Made by a program: the position numbers and the translations under genes
Notes under the pieces: model-generated
What the model was told of the DNA's origin: nothing
Seen by the model: the letters and a program-made list of their open reading frames with translations, nothing else
The model's database searches: none
Source: a bacterium
GTDB lineage: Bacteria; Actinomycetota; Thermoleophilia; Solirubrobacterales; Solirubrobacteraceae
Direction: 5' to 3'
DNA: 64,000 bases
NCBI GenBank assembly: GCA_021323635.1
Contig: JAJPKQ010000027.1
Coordinates: 9,563-73,562 of the forward strand
Shown: positions 26,095-37,021 of the stretch, piece by piece
Position numbering within the stretch: the stretch's first letter is position 1
How the letters are laid out: every line of letters starts with the position of its first letter

Positions 26095-28539
26095 ATGCGG
26101 AGAGGCAACCTGACAGCACGGCTGCTTGCAGCCACGCTTGCGCTGGCTTGCGCGCTTGCGCCGAGCGCGTCCCGGGCGGCGGGCGTCCCTCCCTCAGAAC
26201 CGCCGCCTGTCAAATGCAGCGAAACGCCGACCGGGCAGTGGCCGGAACCGGAAGGGCTCTACCGGTCGGGCGCCTGCCTGATCCAGGGCGTCGGCGGTCT
26301 CTCGATCTCCCCCCAGGTCGTCACCGTCGGCGAAGCGATCACAGCGACCGTGCCGGGCACCAATCCGCGCCCTGAATGGTCGTGGGGCTGGAAGGGCTTT
26401 GTGGCGGAAGTAGGCGGCGGGCAGGTCCTCTCCGGCTGCGGCGAAGACAGCACAAGCTGCACCGTCAAGGCCTCCGCCGAAGCTGCGTCAAGCACGTGGG
26501 AGGTCTTCTCCCACGCCGTCAGCTACCCGGGCATCTTCGGCGGGACCTCCTACTCCAGCGAATACTTCATCATCGAGGGGGGTGGCGGCACAATCACGGG
26601 CAGCGTCAGCAGCCCGAGCCACAAGGGCCTGGCAGGCGTCACCGTCGCGATCACCGGCACCAGCGCGAGCGGGCAGGCCGTGAGCGACACCGCCACGACA
26701 GCGGCTGACGGCGTCTACTCGCAGAGCGTGCCCGAAGGCTCCTATTCAGTCGCGCCGACAGGCACCCCGCCGGGACAGCCCGCCGGCGGCGAATACAAGG
26801 TGCTCGCCTGCCCGGGCAGCGAAGGACGCGGAAGCTGCTCGCTGCGGGTCTCCGCAGGAGCGAGCGAAGCGAGCTTCGAATACTCGCCACCGCACAATCA
26901 GGTGAGCATCGCGCTGGAACCGCTGTCCGTCTCGGCCGATGGCTTCGGCGTGGTCAGCGCCACGATCACGGTGAGCGCGCCCAACGGCGAACCGGTCGCC
27001 GGTCGGGCGATCAGCGTCGAGCCGCCGGTGACCTACGAACAGCCGGCGATCATCTGCGATGAAGGCGGCAGGCTCGCCTACCCGGGACGTCTCTCCGACG
27101 GATCGATCCTCGGCGCGCACTTCGTCCGAACGACCAATGCAGCGGGCCAGATCCATCTGACGATCTTCACCGGAACCGTGGCAGGAAGTTGGCTGCTTGA
27201 AGCCGGTGAAGAAGAAGCGCCGCGCTCACAGTGGGCCCATGCGCAGGTCGGGGTGAGCGAAGCGACGGGCGGTCGCAGCGAACTACCTCCGGAGCTGACT
27301 GCGATTCTGCACTCGGAGAGCCAGAGCAATGAAACGCTCGTCAACTTCCGCCGCAGCGGCCTTGCTGATGTGCTTGAGTTCCTCGGCCAGGAGAAGGCCT
27401 CCGGCGCCCTCGGCGGCGTCGGCTTCATGCCGGTCTTCTCGCGCGACCCTGCCGGCATCTTGAACGTTGGCGTAGCTCTCTTTGCGGAAGCCTTCTCAGT
27501 CCGCGAGGCGCTCTTCAACTACCTCGATGAGAAGACAAGCACGCCGCTGCCTGAAAGCCAGGCGGTCGTGATCGACATCGCCGGGATGCAGGCACTTCAC
27601 TTCACCACCTTTCTGGCCGAACATCCAACCACCGTCATCGGCGACCACCTCTACTCGCTCGCCCAGTGGGAAAACGGCAGTCTTGTCGCAATCGGTGAAA
27701 ACCTGCGCGGCGAACACCCGCACATACCGATCCCCGCGCGCGGCAGGCCTCACGCCGGCTTCCCGCCGCCGCTGGGCAACGAATCCCTGCTCTACGAGTA
27801 CGGGCCCTATCCGCCGTTTGGCGCAGAAGGGGCGGTTCGCAGCGCCTTCGTCGCATGCATCGGCGGGAACGCCGGTGGCCTGAGCGCCTCTGGCGGCACC
27901 GGCGGCGGTGGCCTGGACATCACCGCGCACTCGCCCGTGAGCCTGCTCGCGGTCGGAGCACACGGGCAGCGGGCCGGCATCGGCGCACGCGGCGGGCCAC
28001 TCGACACGATCCCCGGCGCGATCGTCCGCCACCACGGGCGCGAGGTCAGCGAGCTCAAGCTCCCGGCGGGTGCCTACCGACTCATTTTGACTGGCACCGG
28101 GCGTGGGCACGCCACGCTTGTGGTCTCCTCCTCGAGTGTGCACGGGCTGCAGAGCGAGGTGTTCTCGTTCAGGGTCAGAAGGGGCGAGCGTGGGCGTCTG
28201 GCGCTGCGCAGCGGCAAGAGCCCTACGACGATGCGTCTCGGCCGCCGTCGGCTGCGCGGCGCGCGCGGAGTGCCCCTCAGCGTGCATGGCCTGCCGTCCG
28301 CGCTCCCGCACGGCGTCCGCAGCACGTTGACGTTGAGCGTTGCGGATCAGTTCGGCAGGCCGGCCGCGGGCGTGACGGTGAGCGTCAGCGGTGGCTCCGG
28401 CGCACCGCGGCTGCAGACTGTCTCGACGCCGACCGGCAGGGTCGCAATCACGCTCGACCCGCCCGCGCCAGGCAGACTGACCGTCACCCTTGCCGCCCCC
28501 GGCTACCGGCCTAAGACGGTCAACGTGAAGGTGACCTGA
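26095..28539 (+). CDS. Large secreted multi-domain protein with Ig-like (CarboxypepD_reg/Big_1-like) domains
   Basis: AAGGAGG SD; signal peptide ...LALACALAPSASRA; ITGSVS...GVTVAITG...TTAADGVY; SADG...ATITV; HSPVSL motif; Arg-rich C-terminal beta domains. Confidence 0.75.
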   Translation: MRRGNLTARLLAATLALACALAPSASRAAGVPPSEPPPVKCSETPTGQWPEPEGLYRSGACLIQGVGGLSISPQVVTVGEAITATVPGTNPRPEWSWGWKGFVAEVGGGQVLSGCGEDSTSCTVKASAEAASSTWEVFSHAVSYPGIFGGTSYSSEYFIIEGGGGTITGSVSSPSHKGLAGVTVAITGTSASGQAVSDTATTAADGVYSQSVPEGSYSVAPTGTPPGQPAGGEYKVLACPGSEGRGSCSLRVSAGASEASFEYSPPHNQVSIALEPLSVSADGFGVVSATITVSAPNGEPVAGRAISVEPPVTYEQPAIICDEGGRLAYPGRLSDGSILGAHFVRTTNAAGQIHLTIFTGTVAGSWLLEAGEEEAPRSQWAHAQVGVSEATGGRSELPPELTAILHSESQSNETLVNFRRSGLADVLEFLGQEKASGALGGVGFMPVFSRDPAGILNVGVALFAEAFSVREALFNYLDEKTSTPLPESQAVVIDIAGMQALHFTTFLAEHPTTVIGDHLYSLAQWENGSLVAIGENLRGEHPHIPIPARGRPHAGFPPPLGNESLLYEYGPYPPFGAEGAVRSAFVACIGGNAGGLSASGGTGGGGLDITAHSPVSLLAVGAHGQRAGIGARGGPLDTIPGAIVRHHGREVSELKLPAGAYRLILTGTGRGHATLVVSSSSVHGLQSEVFSFRVRRGERGRLALRSGKSPTTMRLGRRRLRGARGVPLSVHGLPSALPHGVRSTLTLSVADQFGRPAAGVTVSVSGGSGAPRLQTVSTPTGRVAITLDPPAPGRLTVTLAAPGYRPKTVNVKVT

Positions 28540-28687
28540 GCGCTGCCGGGGCCGGCAGCGCGATCGATTGGAGCGGCAAGACTGGAGCGGCGGGCAGCCG
28601 GCCTCCGCCGCGCTGCGGATTTCCCGCAGCTGCACGCGTAGATCGCACCGGGCGCGCGGACGCATGCCCCTATATCTTTAGAAAGCG

Positions 28688-29572
28688 ATGAGCACGGCAG
28701 AGCGAAAGCCCACAGCCGCCAGGCGCAGGCCCGCGACTGGCGATCCCCCCGGAGCGCCGCCGCCACTGATCACGGACATCATCTGCGGCATCGACGGGAC
28801 GCGCTCCGCTTATGAGGCCGTGCGCCAGGCAGCTTTTCTGGCCGGGGCGGAGGGGCACCTGAGCCTGCTTGTGGTCACGGGCCACCAGGGCGCCGGCCGC
28901 CAGGAGGCCTCCGCGCTCGCCCCCGCCCGCGCTCGCGCGGTCAGCGAGTACGCGCGCAAGATCGCGCGCGAAGAAGGCGTTGCGGCGCTCGCCGAGGTCG
29001 AGGACCGGGGGCCGGTCGCCGAGGTGCTGCTGGAGCGCGCGCGCGAGCACACGCTGCTTGCGCTCGGTGCGCCGAGCATGTCCCGGCTGGCGCATCTGCT
29101 GATCGGCGGCGTTGCCAGCAAGGCTGCCCACGAGCTTCCCGTCTCCCTGCTGGTCGCACGCCGGCCGCGCCGACGCCAGGGACATGTCGCCTCAACGCTC
29201 GTCGTGGCAAGCGACGCCTCGGAGCGCTCAGGGGCGCTCGTCGAGATCGCTGCAGGGATAGCGTCCGCGCGCGGGCTCTCCCTGGTCCTGATGCACGCGG
29301 TGCACGGTGAGTCCACGCGCCATCCGACGCGCATCGCCGCCCAGGCGGCGCGCGCCAAGGAGCTGATGGGCGCGGAGGTCGAGGTTTGCGTGATGCCTGG
29401 TCACCCGGCGGCGGCGATCGTCGAGTGCGCCCGCCAGAGCGGCGCGACGCTGGCGCTGCTTGGCAGTCGGCGCACGCGCGGCCTGCGCTCGTTGGGCAGC
29501 GTCAGCGAGCGGGTGATCTACGACGCCGACTGCTCCGTGCTTGTGCTGCGACCGGAGGACATGCGCCGATGA
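28688..29572 (+). CDS. Universal stress protein (tandem USP domains)
   Basis: IICGIDGT...GGVASKAAHELPVSLLV; second domain VVASDAS...GSRR...GSVSERVIYDADCSVLV. Confidence 0.9.
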   Translation: MSTAERKPTAARRRPATGDPPGAPPPLITDIICGIDGTRSAYEAVRQAAFLAGAEGHLSLLVVTGHQGAGRQEASALAPARARAVSEYARKIAREEGVAALAEVEDRGPVAEVLLERAREHTLLALGAPSMSRLAHLLIGGVASKAAHELPVSLLVARRPRRRQGHVASTLVVASDASERSGALVEIAAGIASARGLSLVLMHAVHGESTRHPTRIAAQAARAKELMGAEVEVCVMPGHPAAAIVECARQSGATLALLGSRRTRGLRSLGSVSERVIYDADCSVLVLRPEDMRR

Positions 29573-29594
29573 GGGCGAGAGCGAGGAGCGCTGA

Positions 29595-30488
29595 ATGGCC
29601 GAGCATGAGCGGATCTTCGGCTCGGTTCTAGTCGGCGTCGACGGCCTGCAGGGTGGCCGCGACGCGATCGCCCTGGCAAGGCTGCTCTGCGACCCGCAGG
29701 GCGAGCTGCTGCTGGTGCATGTGCGGGCGCTGCCAGATCACGCAGGCGAGCGCTCCGCCGAGGCTGAGCAGGGCGACGATGGGCAGCCGCTCGCCGACGC
29801 TCTGGCGCTGCTTGAGCGCGAGCGCGCCACATCCGGGGTGCAGGCGCAGCTGCGCGCGGTGCCGGCAAGCTCGCCGGGCCGTGGCCTGCACGAGCTGGCG
29901 GGCGCCGAGTCAGCGGACCTGATCGTGGTCGGATCCTCCCACCGTGGCTTCCTGGGCCGCGTGCTGATGGGCAACGCGACGCGCGAGGCGCTCACCGGCT
30001 CGCCCTGTGCGGTTGCCGTCGCTCCCCGCGGCTACGCCGAGAGCAAGCACCGGCCGACGGCGGTCGGGGTCGGCTACGACGGCAGCCCGGAGAGCAGGCA
30101 GGCGCTCACGCTCGGTCGCGCGCTGGCCGAGCGCATGGGGGTCGACTTGAAGGTGCTCCAGGTCGTCCCCGTCGCCGGCCCGGCCTATGCGGGCTTTGGC
30201 GGCGTCGCTTGGGGCGAGGCGCTCGAGGAGATCCGCGCCGATGTGCAGAAGGACCTCGAGCAGGCGGTCGGCCCCGTTGGCGAAGCACGGGCGATGCTCG
30301 GCATCGCCGGCGAGGCGCTTGCGGAGCTTGGCGAAGAAGTAGGCCTGGTGGTCGTCGGCTCCCGCGGCTATGGGCCGCTGCGCACGCTGCTGCTGGGGTC
30401 CACTGCGCGCTATCTCGCCCGCCACGCCCGCTCGCCGCTGCTGGTGCTCCCGCGTGGATCTGAGGAGCACGCGGGCGCTGTGGACTAG
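29595..30488 (+). CDS. Universal stress protein (tandem USP domains)
   Basis: VLVGVDG...VGSSHRG...GSPCAVAV; VGYDGSPES...VGSRGYG...LGSTARYL...PLLV. Confidence 0.92.
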   Translation: MAEHERIFGSVLVGVDGLQGGRDAIALARLLCDPQGELLLVHVRALPDHAGERSAEAEQGDDGQPLADALALLERERATSGVQAQLRAVPASSPGRGLHELAGAESADLIVVGSSHRGFLGRVLMGNATREALTGSPCAVAVAPRGYAESKHRPTAVGVGYDGSPESRQALTLGRALAERMGVDLKVLQVVPVAGPAYAGFGGVAWGEALEEIRADVQKDLEQAVGPVGEARAMLGIAGEALAELGEEVGLVVVGSRGYGPLRTLLLGSTARYLARHARSPLLVLPRGSEEHAGAVD

Positions 30489-30499
30489 CCTTAGGGCTC

Positions 30500-32353
30500 G
30501 TGAGCGCACAGCTTCCGCCCCCTTCCGCTCCTCCGCGGCAGGCTCAGCCGCCGCTGCCCCCACGCCCGCGGCTGCCGCCCGCGCCGCCTCCGCCTGAGCC
30601 ACCGCGCGGCGCCTCGCTTGCCTGGCGCTTCATCGCAGGTGCGCTTGCGGTGATCGTGCTCTCCGGCGCCGGCGCCGCTGTCTTCGCGCTCAACGAGGTG
30701 CACAAGATCGTCGAAGCGCTCGGGCAGCACAAGCCCGTGAAGGTGGCGCCGAAGGTGCTCGCGCCTGTCGCGAAGGGCAAGCCTGAGACGCTGCTGCTGG
30801 TCGGCAACGACGAACGGCGCGAAACGCAGTACTACCACAACGCGGTCCTTCCGCACTCCAACGAGATGCTGCTGGTGCGCGTCGACCCGAGCAAGCCGAC
30901 GATCTCGATGCTCTCGCTGCCGCGCGAGCTGCTCGTGCCCTTCACGACCCCGGACGGGGAAGAAGTGCAGACGCGCCTCAATGCGGCCTACATGTACGGA
31001 TACGTTCAGGGCGGCGGCACCGCGGGCGGCATCAAGCTGATGGTGGAAACGATCAAGCGGGTGTTCGGCATCCCGGAAATCAACCACGTCTTCATCACGA
31101 ACTTCCCCCGCTTCAAGAACGCCGTGAACGAAATGGGCTGCGTCTACATGATGGTGGACAAGCACTACGAACACACCAACATTCCTGGCGTCAATGAACA
31201 GTACATGGAAATCCACCTCCAGCCCGGCTACCAGCGGCTGTGCGGGAGCGAAGCGCTCGAATATGTCGCCAACCGTCACGAAAGCACATCGCTGGTGCGC
31301 GACGCGCGCGATCAGCGCTTCCTGCTCGAAGTGAAGGCGCAGTACGGGCCGACGCTGTTTGAAAACCGTGAAAAGTTCGAGCACATCTTCGGCAAGGCGG
31401 TCGAATCCGATCTCCAGCAGGGTGAACAGGGCGAAGAAGAAGTGCTCGACCTGCTCGAGCTGCTCGTCGGATCGGCGAGCAAGCCTGTCCGCCAGGTGCA
31501 CTTCCAGGTCGAATTCGGCAAGAGCTTCGACACGGCAACACCTGAAGAGATTCACAACGCCGTCTACTCCTTCCTGCACGGCACCGCAGCGCTTCCCCAG
31601 CATCACATCAACCAGGCGGCGCGCTCGGTCCACGTCCGCCAGCACGGCTCCTCGGGCAATCCGCTGAGCCAGCTTGGGCTCTCCCCGACCCCGCAGAGCA
31701 CGCTTGAAGCAGCGCACGCCGACGGGGCGCGGCTGCCGATCGCGATCGAGGCGCCGCTTTACCAGAAGAGCACGGCTGAAGCGGGTGAAGATGAAATCCG
31801 CACCTACAAGATCGACGGTCCCCACGGACAGCGCTACCCGGCCTTCGTGGTCGTGGTGGGCGAGGGCGAACTGGGGCAGTACTACGACATCGAGGGTACG
31901 ACCTGGAGTGACCCGCCGATCCTGAGCGCGACCGCGCAGACGCTCAAGATCGGCCACCGCACCTACAGCCTCGCCTACGACGGCGAAAGCATCAAGACGA
32001 TCGCCTGGCGCGAAGGCGGTGGCACCTATTGGATCGAAAACACGCTCTCCAACACGCTCTCGCCTCAGACGATGGTCGCGCTGGCGCGTGAGACGCGACC
32101 TCTCAGCAGCAACACGATCGCCAAGGCGAGCAGCGGCGGCACGCCGGTGCCCAGGAGCAACGTGACGCCGCCGCCGCGTCCGGTCGCTACCGTCAGCACC
32201 GCGATCAAGCTGGGTGACTATCTGGGCTTCGGGATCCTGCTGGCGGCGGGAGCGCTCGGCGTCTTCGTCCTCTACCGCTTCAGCGTGCTGCGGCAGCTGC
32301 GAGGCGATGTCGCACGTGCGCTTGAGATCGAAGCGCAGCGTCATCGGCGCTGA
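30500..32353 (+). CDS. LCP (LytR-CpsA-Psr) family cell-wall glycopolymer ligase with C-terminal extension
   Basis: Pro-rich N-terminus, TM helix, TLLLVGND...SNEMLLVRVD...LSLPRE...RLNAAY...RDARDQRFL; LytR_C-like domain; C-terminal TM. Confidence 0.85.
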   Translation: MSAQLPPPSAPPRQAQPPLPPRPRLPPAPPPPEPPRGASLAWRFIAGALAVIVLSGAGAAVFALNEVHKIVEALGQHKPVKVAPKVLAPVAKGKPETLLLVGNDERRETQYYHNAVLPHSNEMLLVRVDPSKPTISMLSLPRELLVPFTTPDGEEVQTRLNAAYMYGYVQGGGTAGGIKLMVETIKRVFGIPEINHVFITNFPRFKNAVNEMGCVYMMVDKHYEHTNIPGVNEQYMEIHLQPGYQRLCGSEALEYVANRHESTSLVRDARDQRFLLEVKAQYGPTLFENREKFEHIFGKAVESDLQQGEQGEEEVLDLLELLVGSASKPVRQVHFQVEFGKSFDTATPEEIHNAVYSFLHGTAALPQHHINQAARSVHVRQHGSSGNPLSQLGLSPTPQSTLEAAHADGARLPIAIEAPLYQKSTAEAGEDEIRTYKIDGPHGQRYPAFVVVVGEGELGQYYDIEGTTWSDPPILSATAQTLKIGHRTYSLAYDGESIKTIAWREGGGTYWIENTLSNTLSPQTMVALARETRPLSSNTIAKASSGGTPVPRSNVTPPPRPVATVSTAIKLGDYLGFGILLAAGALGVFVLYRFSVLRQLRGDVARALEIEAQRHRR

Positions 32354-32377
32354 GGGCGCAGCACGCGGCGGGCAGGG

Positions 32378-33595
32378 ATGGCGACCGAGGTGGGCGCAGG
32401 CGGTGAGCGCAAGAGGGGCGTCGATGTCGCGATCATCGGCGGCGGCATCATCGGCCTCTCGCTCGCCTGGCGGCTGGCTGCGCGTGGCTGCTCGGTGTGC
32501 GTGCTCGAGCGGGAAGAGATCGGCTCGGGGACAAGCTCGGTTGCGGCGGGGATGCTCGCGCCTGTGAGCGAGGTGGAGAGCAGCGAGCAGGGGCGTCGCG
32601 CGCTTGCGCTCGCGCTGCGCTCCGCCGCGCTCTGGGAGGGCTTTGCCCAGGAGCTTGAGGCGGCCGCGGAAGCGAGCATCGGCCATTCGCAGGCCGGCAC
32701 GCTGATGGTCGCGCGCGACGAGGACGAAGCGCGGGAGCTTGAGCGCCAGCTGGAGCTGCGCAGCGCGCTCGGGCTTCGCGCAAGCCGGCTGCTGCCCAGC
32801 GAGGCGCGCGCGCTGGAGCCCGCGCTGGCGCCTGTGATCCGCCTTGCGCTCGAGCTTCCCGGGGACCACTCCGTCGATCCGCCCGCGGTGCTTGCAGCGC
32901 TGCGGTCAGCCTGCGAGCGCGCCGGCGTTCAGCTGCGCTGCCGGTCGGAGGCGGTCGGGCTGGAGCAGAGGTCCGATCAGGGGGCGGAGCGCACCCGCGT
33001 TCTCGCGGGCGTGCGTCTGGCCGGCGGCGAGCTGGTGGCGGCTGAGCGCGTCGTGATTGCCGCCGGTGCCTGGAGCGGCGCGCTTGGCTTGCTGCCTGAG
33101 CAGGTGGCTGTGCCGGTGCGTCCGGTACGTGGCGAGCTGCTGTGGCTGCGCGACCCCTCCGGCTCCGCGCCCCTGCGGCGTAGCATCCGCGCCGGCCGGG
33201 TCTATCTGGTGCCGCGCTCTGATGGGCGCGTGATCGTCGGCGCAAGCATGGAGGAGCGCGGCTTTGAGCGATCGCCGCGCGCCGGCACCGTCTACGAGCT
33301 GCTGCGCGCCGCCTATGAGCTGGTGCCCGCGACCTACGAGCTGCGCTTCGAGCGCGTGCTGGTGGGCTTCCGCCCCGGCACGCCAGACAACCTGCCGCTG
33401 CTTGGCGAGAGCGCCCTGCAGCGCCTCTATCTGGCAACGGGCCACTTTCGCAACGGCGTACTGCTTGCCGCGCTCTCAGCGAGGCTGCTCTGCGCCATGA
33501 TCTGCGGTGAAGCGCTGGACGCGGCGGATGCGCAGCTGCTTGCCAGCTGCGACCCCAAGCGCTTCGCCGCCGGCGCCGCCGGGCCGGGAAGCTGA
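32378..33595 (+). CDS. thiO: Glycine oxidase ThiO
   Basis: IIGGGIIG, AAGMLAP, RPVRGE, GFRPGTPDNLP, TGHFRNG; adjacent to thiS and thiG. Confidence 0.92.
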   Translation: MATEVGAGGERKRGVDVAIIGGGIIGLSLAWRLAARGCSVCVLEREEIGSGTSSVAAGMLAPVSEVESSEQGRRALALALRSAALWEGFAQELEAAAEASIGHSQAGTLMVARDEDEARELERQLELRSALGLRASRLLPSEARALEPALAPVIRLALELPGDHSVDPPAVLAALRSACERAGVQLRCRSEAVGLEQRSDQGAERTRVLAGVRLAGGELVAAERVVIAAGAWSGALGLLPEQVAVPVRPVRGELLWLRDPSGSAPLRRSIRAGRVYLVPRSDGRVIVGASMEERGFERSPRAGTVYELLRAAYELVPATYELRFERVLVGFRPGTPDNLPLLGESALQRLYLATGHFRNGVLLAALSARLLCAMICGEALDAADAQLLASCDPKRFAAGAAGPGS

Positions 33596-33599
33596 GGTT

Positions 33600-34603
<1,004 letters not shown>

Positions 34604-34610
34604 GCGGGCG

Positions 34611-34616
34611 TAGACT
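34611..34616 (+). promoter_or_regulatory. -10 element (TAGACT) of a probable leaderless argF transcript
   Basis: TAGACT-gcgcct-GTG(34623): 6-nt spacing. Confidence 0.5.
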
Positions 34617-34622
34617 GCGCCT

Positions 34623-35555
34623 GTGAGCAGGCATTTCCTCTCTGGGGCAGAGCTTGACCGCGCGACGCTCGGGCGGCTGCTGGAGCGCGCGCAGGAGCTC
34701 AAGGCGGCGCCCGCGCGCTCGCATGCGCTCGCGGAGAAGGCGATCGCGCTGATCTTCGAACGCCCCTCGACGCGCACGCGCGTCTCCTTCGAGGTCGGGA
34801 TCGTCGAGCTCGGCGGCCACCCCGTTGTGCTGCGCGCCGATGAGCTGCAGCTCGCGCGCGGGGAGTCGGTGCGCGACACCGCGCTCGTGCTCTCGCGCCA
34901 GGTCGCCGCGATCGGCCTGCGCAGCGGCTCTGATCAGGCGCTCGCGGAGCTTGCCCAGCACGCGAGCGTGCCCGTCTTCAACATGCTCACCCCGCGCGAG
35001 CACCCCTGCCAGGCGCTTGCCGACCTGCTCACGATCAAGGAGGCCTGCGGCCGGCTCGAAGGGCTGCGTCTCGCCTATGTCGGCGACGCTACCAACGTCG
35101 CCCGCTCGCTTGTGCGCCTGGGGGTCCTGGCGGGCATGGAGGTTGCGCTCGCCTCCCCGCCGGGCTTTGCGCTCAGTCCCGATGAGGCCAGGGGGCTTGC
35201 CGAGCAGATGCGCGCGGGGGCGGGTTGCGGGCGGCTTGTGGAGGTCGCCCTCCACAGCGATCCGCGCGCTGCAGCCGCGGGCGCCAACGTCCTCTACACC
35301 GACGTCTGGGTGTCGATGGGCGACGAGGAAAGCGCAGCGGCGCGCCGCCGCGCGCTTGAGCCCTACCGGATCGACGACGCGCTGCTCGATCTGGGCGCCG
35401 ATGGCGCCTTTGCGCTGCACTGCCTGCCCGCTCATCCGGGCGAGGAGATCACCGCGGAGGTCCTCTACGGCGAGCGCCAGCGCATCTGGGAGCAGGCCGA
35501 GAACAGACGCCACGCCCAGAAGGCCCTGCTCGAGTGGCTGCTGGAGGCATGGTGA
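34623..35555 (+). CDS. argF: Ornithine carbamoyltransferase
   Basis: RPSTRTRVSF, HPCQALAD, TDVWVSMG, LHCLPAHPGEE, AENR. Confidence 0.93.
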   Translation: MSRHFLSGAELDRATLGRLLERAQELKAAPARSHALAEKAIALIFERPSTRTRVSFEVGIVELGGHPVVLRADELQLARGESVRDTALVLSRQVAAIGLRSGSDQALAELAQHASVPVFNMLTPREHPCQALADLLTIKEACGRLEGLRLAYVGDATNVARSLVRLGVLAGMEVALASPPGFALSPDEARGLAEQMRAGAGCGRLVEVALHSDPRAAAAGANVLYTDVWVSMGDEESAAARRRALEPYRIDDALLDLGADGAFALHCLPAHPGEEITAEVLYGERQRIWEQAENRRHAQKALLEWLLEAW

Positions 35556-37000
35556 GCGGGCCGCGCACATCCGATCAGGGCGCCCTCGCAGGAGCCCTGG
35601 CGCGACCGGCGCGCGGCGCGGAGGTCGAGCTCTTCATCGAGTCGCTCGCCTACGGCGGCGAGGGCGTGGCGCGCTACGGCGAGGGCGGCTACGTGATCTT
35701 CGTGGCGGGCGCGATCCCCGGCGATCGTGTCCGCGCCCACGTCTACAAGGCCAAGCGCGCCTACGCCCACGCGCGCACGCTGCAGCTGCTTGAGCCCTCG
35801 CCGGAGCGGATTGCGCCGGTAGCGCCCCATCCGGGGGCGCCATGGCAGGTGCTCCCTTACGAGCGCCAGCTCGAGGTCAAGTCTGCGCAGGTGCAGGAGG
35901 CGCTCGTGCGCATCGGCGGGCTCGCAGGCTTCGAGCTTCAGCCGATCCTGCCCGCGGCAGAGCGCTGGCGCTACCGCAACAAGATCGAGCTCTCCTTCGG
36001 CAGCGACGAGCAGGGCGCGCTCGTGCTCGGCTTCCACGCCCCAGCGCGCTGGAACCGGGTGGTGGGGATCGAGGACTGCCTGCTTGCCTCCGAGCGCGTC
36101 AACCGCGCGCTGCGCGCGGTGGCAGCCTGGGCCGCCGGGCAGGGGCTGCGCGCCTGGCAGCGCTCTGTGGGCACGCCCGCGCAGCCTGCGGCGGTGCCAG
36201 CCGACGGCCGGGCACGGCTGCGCAACCTGGTGCTGCGCGAGGGGCGCCGCAGCGGCACGCTGCAGGCGCGCCTGGTCACCACCCCCGGTGAGATCGAGCT
36301 TGCGGGCTTCATCGCCGCGCTGCAGGGCGCGCTTGGCGAGGAGGAGCTCTCAGGCGTGCTCTGGAGCCGCTCTGATCGCCTCGCGGAGACCACCGCGGGC
36401 GGCGCCACGGAGCTCCTTCACGGCTCATCCGAGCTGAGCGAGCGCCTGGGCGGGCTGACCTTCCGGATCGGCCCGGAGGCGTTCTTTCAGACGAACACCG
36501 AGATGGCTGAGGTGCTCTACTCGGTCGCCGGCGAGCTTGCGCAGCTGCAGGGCGGCGAGCTGCTCTTCGACCTCTACTGCGGCCTTGGCAGCATCGGCCT
36601 CTTCCTCGCCGAGCGCGTGCGCGAGGTGGTCGGCATCGAGCTTGAGGAGTCGGCGGTCGCGGGTGCCCGTCGCGCGGCGGCCGAGAACGGAATCGAGCAT
36701 GCGACCTTCTACGCGGGCGAGGCGCGCAGGCTGCTCGGCGCGGTGCTCGAGCGCCACGGCAGGCCCGATGTCGTCGTGGTCGACCCGCCACGCGCCGGGC
36801 TCGGTCGCAGGGCGGTCGAGGCGCTGATCGCGATCGCGCCCGCTCGCGTCGTCTACGTCTCCTGCAACCCGACCACGCTTGCGGCCGATGCGGCACGGAT
36901 GTGCGAGGCCGGCTACGCGCTGCGGCAGGTGCGCCCGGTCGACATGTTCCCGCAGACGCACCACATCGAGTGCGTCGCAGCGCTTGAGCGGAGCAGCTAG
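35549..37000 (+). CDS. rlmD: 23S rRNA (uracil-C5)-methyltransferase RlmD/TrmA family
   Basis: TRAM domain, YRNKIE, AFFQTN, DLYCGLG, DPPRAG, catalytic YVSCNP, DMFPQTHHIE; Fe-S cysteines mostly absent. Confidence 0.88.
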   Translation: MVSGPRTSDQGALAGALARPARGAEVELFIESLAYGGEGVARYGEGGYVIFVAGAIPGDRVRAHVYKAKRAYAHARTLQLLEPSPERIAPVAPHPGAPWQVLPYERQLEVKSAQVQEALVRIGGLAGFELQPILPAAERWRYRNKIELSFGSDEQGALVLGFHAPARWNRVVGIEDCLLASERVNRALRAVAAWAAGQGLRAWQRSVGTPAQPAAVPADGRARLRNLVLREGRRSGTLQARLVTTPGEIELAGFIAALQGALGEEELSGVLWSRSDRLAETTAGGATELLHGSSELSERLGGLTFRIGPEAFFQTNTEMAEVLYSVAGELAQLQGGELLFDLYCGLGSIGLFLAERVREVVGIELEESAVAGARRAAAENGIEHATFYAGEARRLLGAVLERHGRPDVVVVDPPRAGLGRRAVEALIAIAPARVVYVSCNPTTLAADAARMCEAGYALRQVRPVDMFPQTHHIECVAALERSS

Positions 37001-37021
37001 TTAGGGTAGCCTAACCTGTCG

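Noticed and set aside
32340-32380. TPP riboswitch upstream of thiOSG
   Set aside because: Only ~24 nt separate the LCP stop from thiO; no TPP aptamer consensus is visible.
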